Shown in pieces: positions 13,511 to 30,839 of a stretch of 64,000 nucleotides of DNA; position 1 is the stretch's first letter; each line of letters opens with the position of its first letter. The notes beneath the pieces were generated by a model. The model worked only from the letters and a program-made list of their open reading frames with translations, made no database searches and was not told the origin of the DNA. Source of the DNA: Tubulanus polymorphus (lineage: Eukaryota > Animalia > Nemertea); assembly GCF_964204645.1 (NCBI RefSeq), contig NC_134026.1, positions 1,077,950 through 1,141,949 on the forward strand, written 5' to 3'. The translations under genes were made by a program, and so were the position numbers.

Positions 13511-13838
13511 GATAGTTGACCCAGGCAGGTTTCTATTGAACATATTCCTCTCTTCAATCAGGTATACGGATCATTACGCTATTCCAGATTAGGTAGAGCC
13601 TCATTTCATGATCTCTCATAGGGTAGAGAGTATTCCGGCAGAAACATACACACAAGAGAATTCAAGAATGAGTAGAGACCGATCAATTTCCTGCCAAAGT
13701 GTTCTCCGCTTATCCACGAACAACACCAGAAATGAAAATAAATCCTCGAAATACTATGAAAACTCAAGAAAATGAAACATTTAACAGCAACACTTCCACA
13801 GATTGACCGCTTTATTTTACACTTGTATTATAATATAC

Positions 13839-15513
13839 TTAGAATTTCATTTCATGGGGGAACTGATGATTTGAAAGTGAAAACATGGCACCCAAATAAC
13901 CGAATAACATCTTCTTGTCGGGATGCGATCGAATGACTTCTAAAATCTGTTTATCGACTGTTACTTGATCTTCCTTACGTTCCTCACTAACGGTGTACTC
14001 CTAGAAATTAAATCAATCATCCAATTATTAAGTATATATCATTCGATCTCCACTAGATAGAATCAAGGTACAGTAGACTCTGCTCGCCTTGAATCTCGCA
14101 GCACCAATAAGGTTCTTTTCTAAGCGAGTAAATTCTGTGGGCATTTGGAGTTGTGAGTTTTCAAGAAACTACCTAGAACTCTGCCACATACAATCAAGTT
14201 AAAATGGACTCTTGAGTATCTTTTCCACAAACTTGTATGATCATTCACTATAGACCGGTAAGAAAAACTACATTAAAATTGAAGAAAACCAATTAATTTC
14301 TTACTTCTTTCTTTTCCTCGAAGATTTCTCCTTCCTGGTGTTTCGTTTTCTTGGCTTTCTGTCTCCTGAAGAAGTCGTCAGTGAGACGCTCGGGTAATTT
14401 CACAGTCTTTATGTCGACCTTAGTTTTAGTGGCGATAACGTAATTCTGGTCGATTCTTCTAAGAGGACATCCGTTGAGATGGTATGGACCTGAAAAAAAG
14501 CGTAGTTTTAGTATCTGCAAAGCGTGTAAAATGAAAGAGAGCGCAGAGAATGAAGGCTATCCGATACCGACCTGTTACTAAAAGAAGACCTGAAGCTAAT
14601 TGTTTCAAAAACACAACACGCTGTAAAATAAACAAAACACATTAGTTAATTGTTGTATATATCGATGACTTTGAACGGCATGAAGTAAAGCTGTACCTTT
14701 CCCTTATGACGACCAGCCAACAGAATAAGCACAGTTCCTGGCGTAATAGTTTTACGCAGTTTTCTTTCGTGTTTTTTGAAAGGCTTCTGACGAGTGGGCA
14801 GTCTCTTCGGGTTGTCTTCAGTCGGGTAAAAACGTGGCTATAAAAGTGACAACGCAATTCAGTAAATACCAGTGAATATGAAGTGTATATGAGAGTGGAT
14901 TAGAGTACAGTAGATTATGCTTGTCTCTCATCTCACCGGACAAGCAAAATACTGCAATTCAGACTAGTTAAATCCTAGTTGATATATTATCTATGGTCCA
15001 TCTTTCTGTAGGCAATGATATTAATTATGGATTTCTCAAAATACAAATTAATTTAATTGGTCACAAATGATGCAAATTTATCAAAGTGGTTTCTGGTTTA
15101 GAGGGAACTGCAATATTCCACACGGACCCAAAATGTGTTCTACATGTTGAAAGCCATGCTTTAGAAAAATTTGTATTAGAATACTAAAAAATAATTGAAA
15201 AATACAATGAAATCTAGAATTTGGGAAGTGTGCTGTAGGAACATAGATGGATGAAAGTAAGTTGTTTCACCTTTCTGTTTACAAGTACAACACGTTTTCC
15301 TCCATTCTTCTCGCCACCGATATCCTTGGTGATTTTTCTATCAGTCGATCTCTTTACGACTTTCTTCTCTCCTCCCGTTTTCTTAAGTCGGTAAATCGCA
15401 CGTTTCTTGTACATCCTCGGTTGTGAGTATCTCATCACCCCGCTGGTGCCCAACACGCGGTTACGCGCGCTGTGATGAGTTTTCTTCGCTCTAGCTTTCC
15501 TTTCAGCCGCCAT
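13839..15513 (-). CDS. RPL6: 60S ribosomal protein L6 (eL6)
   Basis: Exons 15513-15271, 14837-14697, 14620-14572, 14489-14305, 14000-13839. Motifs [64 protein letters not shown] and C-terminal FPHEMKF*. AATAAA on the - strand at 13811-13816. Confidence 0.97.
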
Positions 15514-15624
15514 GTCTACAATACGAAGCATTTGAAATTATTACATTTGTGCAACACAACTAAAGTCGTCTTTAGGTCCTAACTACCTATCCATCGCACA
15601 ACCACACAAGTAGCTAAAATTACT

Positions 15625-15744
15625 CACAGGGCCTAGACACAGAAGGATTTTGACCCTAGTATCCTGGTACTATGTATAAAAAGACTTTATATATGTAGTA
15701 AATAGGATACTGGGGTCAAAATCATTTTATGTTAAGTCCCTGTG
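15625..15744. repeat. Imperfect ~120-bp hairpin in RPL6 intron 1
   Basis: CACAGGG..GATTTTGACCCTAGTATCCT..TACTATGTATAAA pairs with TTTATATATGTAGTA..AGGATACTGGGGTCAAAATC..CCCTGTG. Confidence 0.7.
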
Positions 15745-16234
15745 AAATTACTGATCAGTAGCTAAAATAACTGTTAGCACGTCAAGCCATTTAGACAAAT
15801 AAGGCTGGTATAAACGGGCCAATGCTTTGATAATGCATCTACAACTAAAAAACTACCAGTTCTTTGACTGACTTTTGCCCGAAAACTTTTGGGCTTAAAC
15901 TTCTCTCCAGATTTATAAACCACTCCAAGCCATGTCATGAGTCCTGTTAACAAATCTAACGCATTTTGACAGGCATCATCTATAGAATCTTTCATTGAAA
16001 ATGAGTCTTAGAAGATAATTTCGTTATAGCTCAGATTTCACATATAATAGATAGGCGCATGTATAATGCTGGAGTTTCGAATCGAATCGCTCCAAATATA
16101 GACTACGGTAAAGAATGCATTTAATCTACAACGATTACGTGGTTTTCACTGAATATCTCTGGGATCATATATTACTCGACTGCTCGCCAGCAAAGCAGAT
16201 GTTTGAGGATTTAATGAAGGAAAATTTTACTCAC

Positions 16235-16280
16235 TGTCCCCGGAAATATCCACGAACGGAAAAGAGCCGTACACTTCCGG
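16235..16280 (-). promoter_or_regulatory. RPL6 TCT/5'TOP initiator and non-coding first exon with upstream ETS site
   Basis: The - strand reads CTCTTTTCC (16266-16258), then about 23 nt, then a GTGAGT donor (16234-16229). A CCGGAAGT ETS motif lies at about 16273-16280. This is the usual ribosomal-protein promoter layout. Confidence 0.75.
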
Positions 16281-16995
16281 TAGATAAAATATTTACCAAA
16301 ATGAACCAAATGAAAATTACACTTGCTTCCAACTATCATAGAACTTATAAAACCTGAAAATTATTTCAATAGATTAAAGTCAAAGATATACCTTCATAAA
16401 TGAATCCTTAACTCGGAATAATATCTCTTCAAAAGAAAGTATCGATAGTTTACCCGCAAAACTTCACTATATCTGTTACATTCGCTAATTAGTTCAACAA
16501 TATGGCCGTACGTCAAATTAATTTTGACCTTTCATAGTAGTTTTATATCTATTCAGAAGCCATTTCGCCCTGAAACTAGCTCTGATATAGAACAGTTTTT
16601 AGGTATTTATATGCATATTAGGTTTATCTTCAAAGTTCCTTCCTTTGGGGCTTTGGCCTCTTGTTGAAGAATAAGTCCGGCTTAATAATGTTCGTAATCA
16701 TGGTAATAATAATCATATTTCTGATAATGCAATGCCAATGGTGCACTCCACTCATGACCACTATCCGTAGTCAGTAACCTGTCTGCGGTTTAGTTTTTAC
16801 GATCGGATATTTGGTCTAACTGCAGTTTGGGTCACCTATCCACTGGGTGGCGCTAGTGTTATTAAAGAATAGTGTTATGGTAAGGTTAGGTACACAACCA
16901 TTAGGGACACCTAAACTGCAGTCATACCGCCTATATACAGACAGCCTCTTAGTTTTCTTCCTCCAAATCACCATTGTTGTCAATCTTTATGTTAA

Positions 16996-22561
<5,566 letters not shown>

Positions 22562-23399
22562 TTCTTGTTCGTCATACATTTTATATCTGTCTCATATATG
22601 AACAAATCATGGAAATATCATAAAACACACATAATATAAGAATCGATGCAATCTTTCTATTCTATTTAAGACAATCAATGATTCTAAATGGATATGGACG
22701 GTGGTGTTTTTGATTATTCGTACATTTTGATATTAAACATCTTTGCGTATAAGGATATTTTATGTCTCATGCTAAATAAGTGACTAATAACTACAAATAA
22801 ATACATTGAAAAATGTGTAATATCTAAGATATATTGTGTGATTTGTTAAACGAATTACGGAAGAGTATATCTGGTATATATGTATCTGAAGATATTCGTA
22901 TATTATTTACATTATTTACCGTACTACGTGTTGTATATTTACAACGAAAATAAACATCTTTTTCAAAATATGTTGAATTGTTATTCAAGAGTTCTTATTA
23001 TTTCTATTTGTGGATGGATCTCGACCAATCTGACGTAGAACTACAAAAGAAGCCAGTCTAGGAGTAACCCGTAAATCTGCTTGTAACAGCCTATTTAGCA
23101 AAATTGGTACCCCAGTAAAAACTCCAAGATTTAGGGTTTATTGGGAGACGGGTGTTCAGAGACTAGATGTGTTCACTAAACGGTTTACTGAGATAATTGT
23201 TCTCTATTCTACTCTAGCGGGTATGTCAAAGTATGCAAAAGCACCAGATTGATACAATGCCCAATGATTGAGATAAAGAAGATTATGCCTTCAATATTAA
23301 TGTAGTAAGAGCTCGTACGATGACGATTTGAGCGTTGAAAGAAAATTGGCTCGAACATCCTCCCAATTTCTGTCAGACGCTCGTAGTAAAAGTTGTAAA

Positions 23400-23696
23400 T
23401 AGGCTCCGCCTAGTCATTCATACTTTTCGTGTCATGGAAATCAGTTAGCCAATTAGAACGCCAGCTCGGTGCTTTTATTTTGGTTCGAGCGCTGACCAAT
23501 CATTGGCCGGTGATCGGAGAAACCCCTGCATGACGTCATTATGTGGAGCGTGAAAGATGGCAGCATTCAAGCTCTCAGTGTATGAGATGAGAGAGAGAAG
23601 AAAGTTGAGTCACACATAGCGGAGGAGCTTAGTAATTATCGGCAACTCACTGACTTGTGAAGTGCTGGACATATCTCACACTAAAGCGTCATATAG
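23400..23696 (+). promoter_or_regulatory. Probable promoter and non-coding first exon of the adhesion GPCR gene
   Basis: Cluster of a GC box-like GGCTCCGCCT (~23402), CCAAT boxes (~23449, ~23496, ATTGG ~23502), a perfect CRE TGACGTCA (23531-23538) and a YY1-like AAGATGGC (23554-23561), followed by a donor AG|GTATGT at 23696/23697. Confidence 0.6.
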
Positions 23697-25206
23697 GTAT
23701 GTATGTCGCCATTTATTTCAATTCAATTTGAAACCGTTGCAAGGTTTTTTTTAGGCCCTGAGAAATTCTAATAACAACAACAGTGTGCCAGCCAGTTATT
23801 TTGTGCTGTGCGCAGTCTGTGTATATTGTGTTTAGTTTGAGAGATTCAGCTCCAGAATCCATCCATCATAATTGTGAGTTCACTTTCCGGTCACAATCCA
23901 AGATATATCGGTTTGTACTAAAATGCTACCATTGCCTGTTGGAATAGACTTGCATAGTAAGCATAGCCGGCCTATGATTAAGATTTAGGCCCTCCTAGGT
24001 CTAAAATCTAAATCATATAGACTAATATTTACTAACTACTCTAACGGTATTACTAATCTAATGAGTACCCTAGTAGAGGCTGAATAGGGGAGAGTTACTG
24101 GAGCTGGAACCTACCTCTTTTGCTCAAATTAGCCTAGGCCTATATATTCAAGATTAAAGCGCCTATATATAGAGTAGGCTAAGGATAGTGAAATCCGATT
24201 GGGAATAGAATACTGGAGTGGAGATGATTTTTAGAATCTTGTCCAGTGGAAATAAAAAAAATTATTCCTGTAGATTCCTCTATTTAGTAATCATTTACGG
24301 TATTAAAGGAAACCTAATTTGGACAAGTATTCTTCTTTCTATATCATCATTAGACCCTTACAATACAAACGGTCCAATCAATGTTTGATCAATGGTCGTA
24401 AGGTTAAGTTTTTTTAACTCTGGGGTTTGATTGAGGTCTATGCCTAATGGATCATAGGCTTACAGTGCTTAGGCCCCTGATGGATGATACAATGGTTGCT
24501 CTTCAACCCTAAAAAGGATTTATCGTTGAATTCTGAATCAAATAGGCTTAGATGATTCTTGATGCAGGAGCCAACTGAACAGTAGTTACCTATCCTTACC
24601 TAGATTAGCCTACCTCAAAACTGCCAGAATTATCATCAATCATAATAGGCTACCAGTAGTTTAACCTTCCTAAAGATTAGTCTTTTTAGTTTCAGTTTAT
24701 GATGGAATAACTCATTAACTGTCGTGTAAACGAACTCTGCCCCGTGGCTCAAGGGTTGCAAATTGAATGCTCTTCGTCAATATTGCATGTTCAGAATATT
24801 TGAATAACTTGTTGAGCCGAGGAGCTGTGAATCATTGAATAGTGGCAGCAGAGATTTCTGTCTGATTAGGTACGGCTTTCATTGCGGGCTGTCGTGGTAA
24901 CTAACTGCATTTACGTTTTGGAAGACGTCATCTCACGGCAGAGATTCATACGCATCCACCGCTGCTGCTGCTGCTGCGCGTATCATCGGTCAAATAGATT
25001 TAATACTCAAATATTTCAATATCAATTTCAGCTCATCCTCGCGTATGATGACGAATAACGCCCCCTTGTGGCAGCGAATAGAATTACATTGGCAATAATG
25101 ACGCATTTTGTGACCTTAGATATTTCGTTATCTTTTTCAGCTCGTCCTCGCGTATGATGACGAATAACGCCCCCTTGTGGCAGCGAATAGAATTGCATTG
25201 ACGAAG

Positions 25207-28200
25207 ATGATGACGCACTATGCGATAAGTCTGTTGTTGCTATGGATGTTGCTAGGTTACGGCGTATCAGATGCGCTGGACTGTCCGTTGGGTTGTCTGT
25301 GCTCAACGGTACGATCCAGTGTCAAGGACGAGTCATCAATTTCTAGCGGTAGTAAAGTGAACTGCATTGGGTCACCGGGGAATAAGATTCAGACAATCGA
25401 ACAGCTACAACCAGAAACGAACATGCCTTTAGATACGTTGATTCTGTAAGTATCACGTCACAACTTGTGAGACTTGTACAAGTCCATCAAATTTTGAGTA
25501 CCCTTTATCATATCATATCATATCATATCATTTTATTTCCTGGATAATTTACATCAATATATAATGAATACAATTATAATTATGATAATATAGACATTAT
25601 GATCTCATTTATATACAATGAGGTAAAATAACAGCTGGGGTGGCATAGATAAAGCTAAGCTTGCGAGTGTAGGCACCCTTCCTTTGTCGTTTAATAAAGA
25701 TAATTGGTGCATTTCAGTGTGAGAGTTCACCTAATATTACCTTTTCGGACATCGAAGTGCCCTTTTGGGATGTGACAAGTCCTTCAAAATTGACCTTTGG
25801 ATCCGCCCGTGAGAGTATCATCTCGATACTGTAATATTGATTTATCTAGACCTATATTATATCAATGGCAAACATTCTGTATTCGGAACTGGGTTGAATT
25901 CTGTGGTTCAATCAGTTCGATGCACTTGATTTTCAACTTCGATGATTTGAAACTAGATTTAAGTTACCCAGTAACAGGTAGCAGTAGATAGCCTATACGT
26001 CCTATTATTGCGTATTGATTAAAACTATTCTCGCCAGCTCTATATGTCCGCGTAGTAGAAATGAGTTTTTATAGTCATTAGTGACTGCGAGTAGTCAGTC
26101 AGATGTCAGTCAATTACTGACAGCTATCTGTACACAGTTGACGTCGTACTCTCATTTTGAATGCAATATTCTCTAATTTTTGATTGATATTAGAATCGAC
26201 AGATATTAGATAGATTTCTACGACGACTGCGCCGATGCCTTCAGTGCCGGTAGCGTTTCCCGTTACGGTTTAGAAAAAAAAGAATAACTCGTAAAAAAAT
26301 TGACTCGAGTCGTAAATCGGAATGATTTCGTTCGTTGTAACCCGAGACGAGTTTCTTTCTTCCTATGATTATCGTCGAGAAGGGTTCTTAAAACCGGTTA
26401 AACCTTTTTCGCCAATTGGAAAAAGTGGATTTTTGACGGCGAACGGAGAATAACAGTTTAAGTGCACTCAATTTCCCTCACGAGTGGAAGATACATATCT
26501 ATATATATATCGTTTATGTATTATTGGCGTTCGTTTCTCGTCGAAGTGCCATCGAGGATTTTTTTTCTAGAAAGCGTCGACTCAAATTGTCAAATGGAGA
26601 TTACCTGGAGAATACCTGTGTCAACCGGTTGAAGTAGTCAAATGGCAAATGGTATTCGCCGAGAGAGGTCAAGATGATGTTGAAATTTCAAATAGCCCGT
26701 ATTTTTTTTATCCCTGTTTGGTTATAAATGCATACGTTGAAGGTGGTCTCGAGGATCGAGGGATTATTGATGGTTTCCACATTTACTGAGAAATTGGCGA
26801 AACCTTATATATAGTAATTGGAAATTTTGAAATGACATAATTTCCTGGTTCGAAATTATTTGAGAATTTGATATATTTTCCTCCAATCTAGAAAATATTC
26901 TGGAAATTCATTTAACACTTTAGGTAGCATAGTTCTGGGATGTTAATTGCTCGCCTAGGGCAACATTCTTCAGCAATTGTTCTCGAAAATTGCCTTAATC
27001 AGTCAGTGCTAAAATTTTGACATTCTTATATTAAGATGGTATCTGTTCACTTTTATGAAAGCCCGTTTTCTATTTGGGAAAATTGAAAAATCAGCCATGA
27101 AATACTTGCGGAAAAACAGTTTTGAATTAGTTAAGGTTAATGCAGGAATGGTGGTTATTCGTTTAACAAGTTTTTGGCGAATATGGTCGCGTTTTGGCAG
27201 CTATTTTCAATTTCAGGTGAATATTAATTGTAAAGTTTTTAGCTGATAAATGAACAGTCGGACGAATGAATGTTTCCCGTGTTTAAACTGATTACCCGTA
27301 CACACACACGCATTGAGAGTGAGAGAGAGAGAGATAATAAATCCTATAATCAATTTGTGCTCGAACACTTTCTATTTTTAACGATTATAAATAATGTGGA
27401 ACCAGTGGCGATTGCTGCACGTATTAACTGCATGCACGCTACCGATTCCTGAACTGATTATATTCACATTTAAGCCCGTTTTACTTAGGCCCGGGTGAAA
27501 CTGGCCGGAATCAGACTCGAGTTTAATTTTTGGCCCGTCTGATTAAAAGCATTCACTCGATACTAAAACACGATCAAAACAATACAATGCAGTGATAAGT
27601 CACTTACAGAACCAATTAGCATTCACAGGGTGTAATTGCATTGAAGTTTGATACAGGCCTCGTCAGGTTGGCCCTAGCCTTATCAAGAAGGGGCCAGATT
27701 TGGCCTGTGTCAACATCACGGCTTCTTTGAGATCCTTCGGTTTCTGATGAATTATGAGTACAAACTTTCTAATAAAAAGTGACGCTCCTTGTGTTTGTAA
27801 TTCCTGTAATAATCGTATTATATGTTTAGTTCAGAGAAAGTAGTTATCCATGTGCGTTGTGCTGACCTGATTCCAGATGAATTAATTTATCATTTATTAC
27901 TGATGATGAAATTGTATTCGTGATTTTCGTTAACACTTTCACCTAAATAATCACTTGACCGATCAATACATGAATGATGCAAGTTACCGTTTTGATATTT
28001 GGCCCATGCCAGATAAGTTCAACTGTTTACAGGCCAAATGGATCCGTGCCTGTCGTTTGGCCTGACGAAAATATTGCTAAAACCTCTTATTTTAGCACTG
28101 GTCAGATTATTGCGTGCTAGCTGGTTGTGCGAGTGACTCAGTATCATTATCTATCCGCGATAACACGGGCTTTGGACCAGTTCACACGGGTGTCAAATGG

Positions 28201-29359
28201 GCCCGTGTCAGTTTGGCCCGACCAAAAACGTAGGACCAGACCCGCGCCAAATTTTAGCATGGGTCTAATAATTGCGTGTGAATTGTTACTGGTTCACATT
28301 CTGACACTCTGCCCTGATGATCATTCATTCATTCATTTGATATTAGTTAGGTTCGTGGAGAGTTGGTGAGTGGTTACAAAAAAATAACCTCGAAAAATAT
28401 AGGGTAGAAATAATCGATGGAAGCGGCTGCTGCTGCTGCTGCTGCTGCTGCAGTCGAACGATGAATAAAATAAATGCAGTCAATCGTAAACATGCGATAG
28501 AAAATACAGCAAAATACACTCATAATAGTGAGTGACCTCCTACTGCGTCGTCGGAGCGAGCTACGACACTGTTTTACTATTATCAACTAACTATTCACAT
28601 TGAACACTTTTCAATATAAACCTCGCTGCTGCCCCGCGCGTTAAGCTTCTTTTTTTTTAAGGATCGATATAAAATGCGTTTAGTCGTTTACGCGAAGCTG
28701 TAGCAGATTAATGTATTTGGTCTAGATTTTAATCCGTAATGATTTAGTTCGTAGAAAATCAGTATTTATATCCGTGGTTGAAGTGAATGATTTGGATGCA
28801 GCTTGAAGTTTTTCGTCAAGTTAACTCTAGTTTGTAAATCGCGCCCATCAAAAGTCCTATTATCCCGATAAATATACCGGTCAGGGTCTCGGGTACTGTC
28901 TATGAAAGCCCGGTGTGGAATTTTTTTACCATCATCGACTAAATCTTTCATAAGCCGTGATCACGTGGAACCATTTGGCCCGGACCAGACCCCACTTAGA
29001 TTTGTCGCGTGCCTAAATAAATAAATGACTGGAATGTGAATTATTTACTGAAATTGCGACTATGTCCGATGTAGTGCAGCTGAAAGCCGATGCGTTTTTT
29101 GGAGACTTCATCATCATCTGCTACGCTTTAAGCCGATTACGTGTCGAGAAATGCACGCAATTTGACCGCGGAAATAAACGATTGTATTTTATAAAGAGCT
29201 ACAAGTGTATTCATTGATTAAAGGATTCGGCGTAGAATTCTCGACGTAACTCTTCCATTTCAACGCAACGAGACAAACTTCCAGACGAAGAGACAAAATA
29301 TTATTGGAAACTCGATATGTTTGTTGTTTAGGATCAGATCCCTACAGATAACCCAGTGT

Positions 29360-29398
<39 letters not shown>

Positions 29399-30806
29399 TG
29401 TCGAATCAAATATCAACTATTTACCGTTGTATTTTTTGCCAGGTCGTTGAGAGGCAACGCCATCAAAGTCATCAACAAAGATTCTTTCCGAGGATTATCA
29501 ACTTTACAAAAAATGTAAGTAAAAATTTGTAAACGTATATTTCGGTGTGTGAGTGAGAAGTGGTCGTGAATGGTCTAGATACCGAGTAGCTGTCTGTTGA
29601 CATTTCTGATTAAGACGAAGTCTGGCAAGTAAAAGTCAAGTAGTGCACTTGAATTGATTAGCTCTAAGAAGGGTGAAATGGGTTTTCCGGTTTTACTCAG
29701 TTCTGTCCATCAATTTTAGTGGTGCTCTTTAAGTTCGATATATTCTTATGTTATAAAGTGTTGTTGTATTTGACCCCGGTACTCGACTGATTACGAGTGC
29801 GGCCGAGTGCTCGTGTTTTCTGACAATAGCCCTTGAAAAACTAAACATTTTTAGCCCTACATCATCGATGGCAGCCTCCAGTGAGTCTTTTCCAGCAATT
29901 TCTTTCTAAAAGGGCACAATATTTTGTCGGACAAAAAAAATAAGGGCAATATCCACCAAACAAAGGCACGATTTTCAGCCTTAGAATAGGGTCATAGGGG
30001 CGCTGCCCTGAGAATATTTAGTAACGGCCTCAGATGTTGGAGCCGCCGTCTTCTCTGTAATTCACGGATAGTTAACTCGATCTAGCAGTGTTGAAGCAGA
30101 TAGAAGGGATCTGGCTATTCTACAGCGCAGACTCTCAGCTCAGCAAGCTATAAATCCCTTACCTACGTGTCCGTTGCTAAATATATCTGGGAATTGTTTG
30201 TTTCTCACATACATTGATTACGTTGTTACCTGCTGTAAACTGAGACGGAGATTATAAAATGCCGCCACCCTCCGGTGAGAATTACCTCGTGTTCAAACTG
30301 TCAGTCAATGATCATTACTTACTAAACACTGACCAAATATTTCGACTCGGTTAATCTCTCCCGAATATGGCTTTAAGCCTGTCAGAGTGGCGCGTGTCTA
30401 ATCCCGTGTCAGTATCCAGTTTCACCAGTGCCAATTCATTTTCACTTGAGTCTAATCATTAATGTCAAATTTGGTCAAATCATCGAAGGATTAGAAGTAA
30501 AGATCTTCCCGGATCGGTTCATACAGATCAGGGAAATTTTGGGAATTCTGACTCTTCTTGAAAATCAGGGAAAAGTTAGAATTCCGGTGTTTTGCTGCTC
30601 TTGATCAATGGCAGGGAGGGTATTTTGTATTCCCTGATCTTTGTGAGAACCCTGACCTGCCCGAGTTGACGAAAAAAGTTCAGCTAAATCTTGGGAATAT
30701 GGTAGGTTTTCATACTTCGCCGATGTTTTCAGTAGTTTTCGATGACTTTGAGCTCACGCTGTTTTAAACTCTTGATTTTTGAAAGGGCCACTTGTGCGTC
30801 TCTCCA

Positions 30807-30839
<33 letters not shown>

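Noticed and set aside
15980-16010. U3 snoRNA-like 5' end (AAGACT..TTTCA..TTCTATAG) on the - strand
   Set aside because: It lacks the GATCA of box A and recognisable boxes B and C, and U3 is not normally intronic. Likely chance.
23972-24020. Pre-miRNA-like hairpin
   Set aside because: AT-rich and imperfect, with a very short loop and no recognisable mature miRNA.
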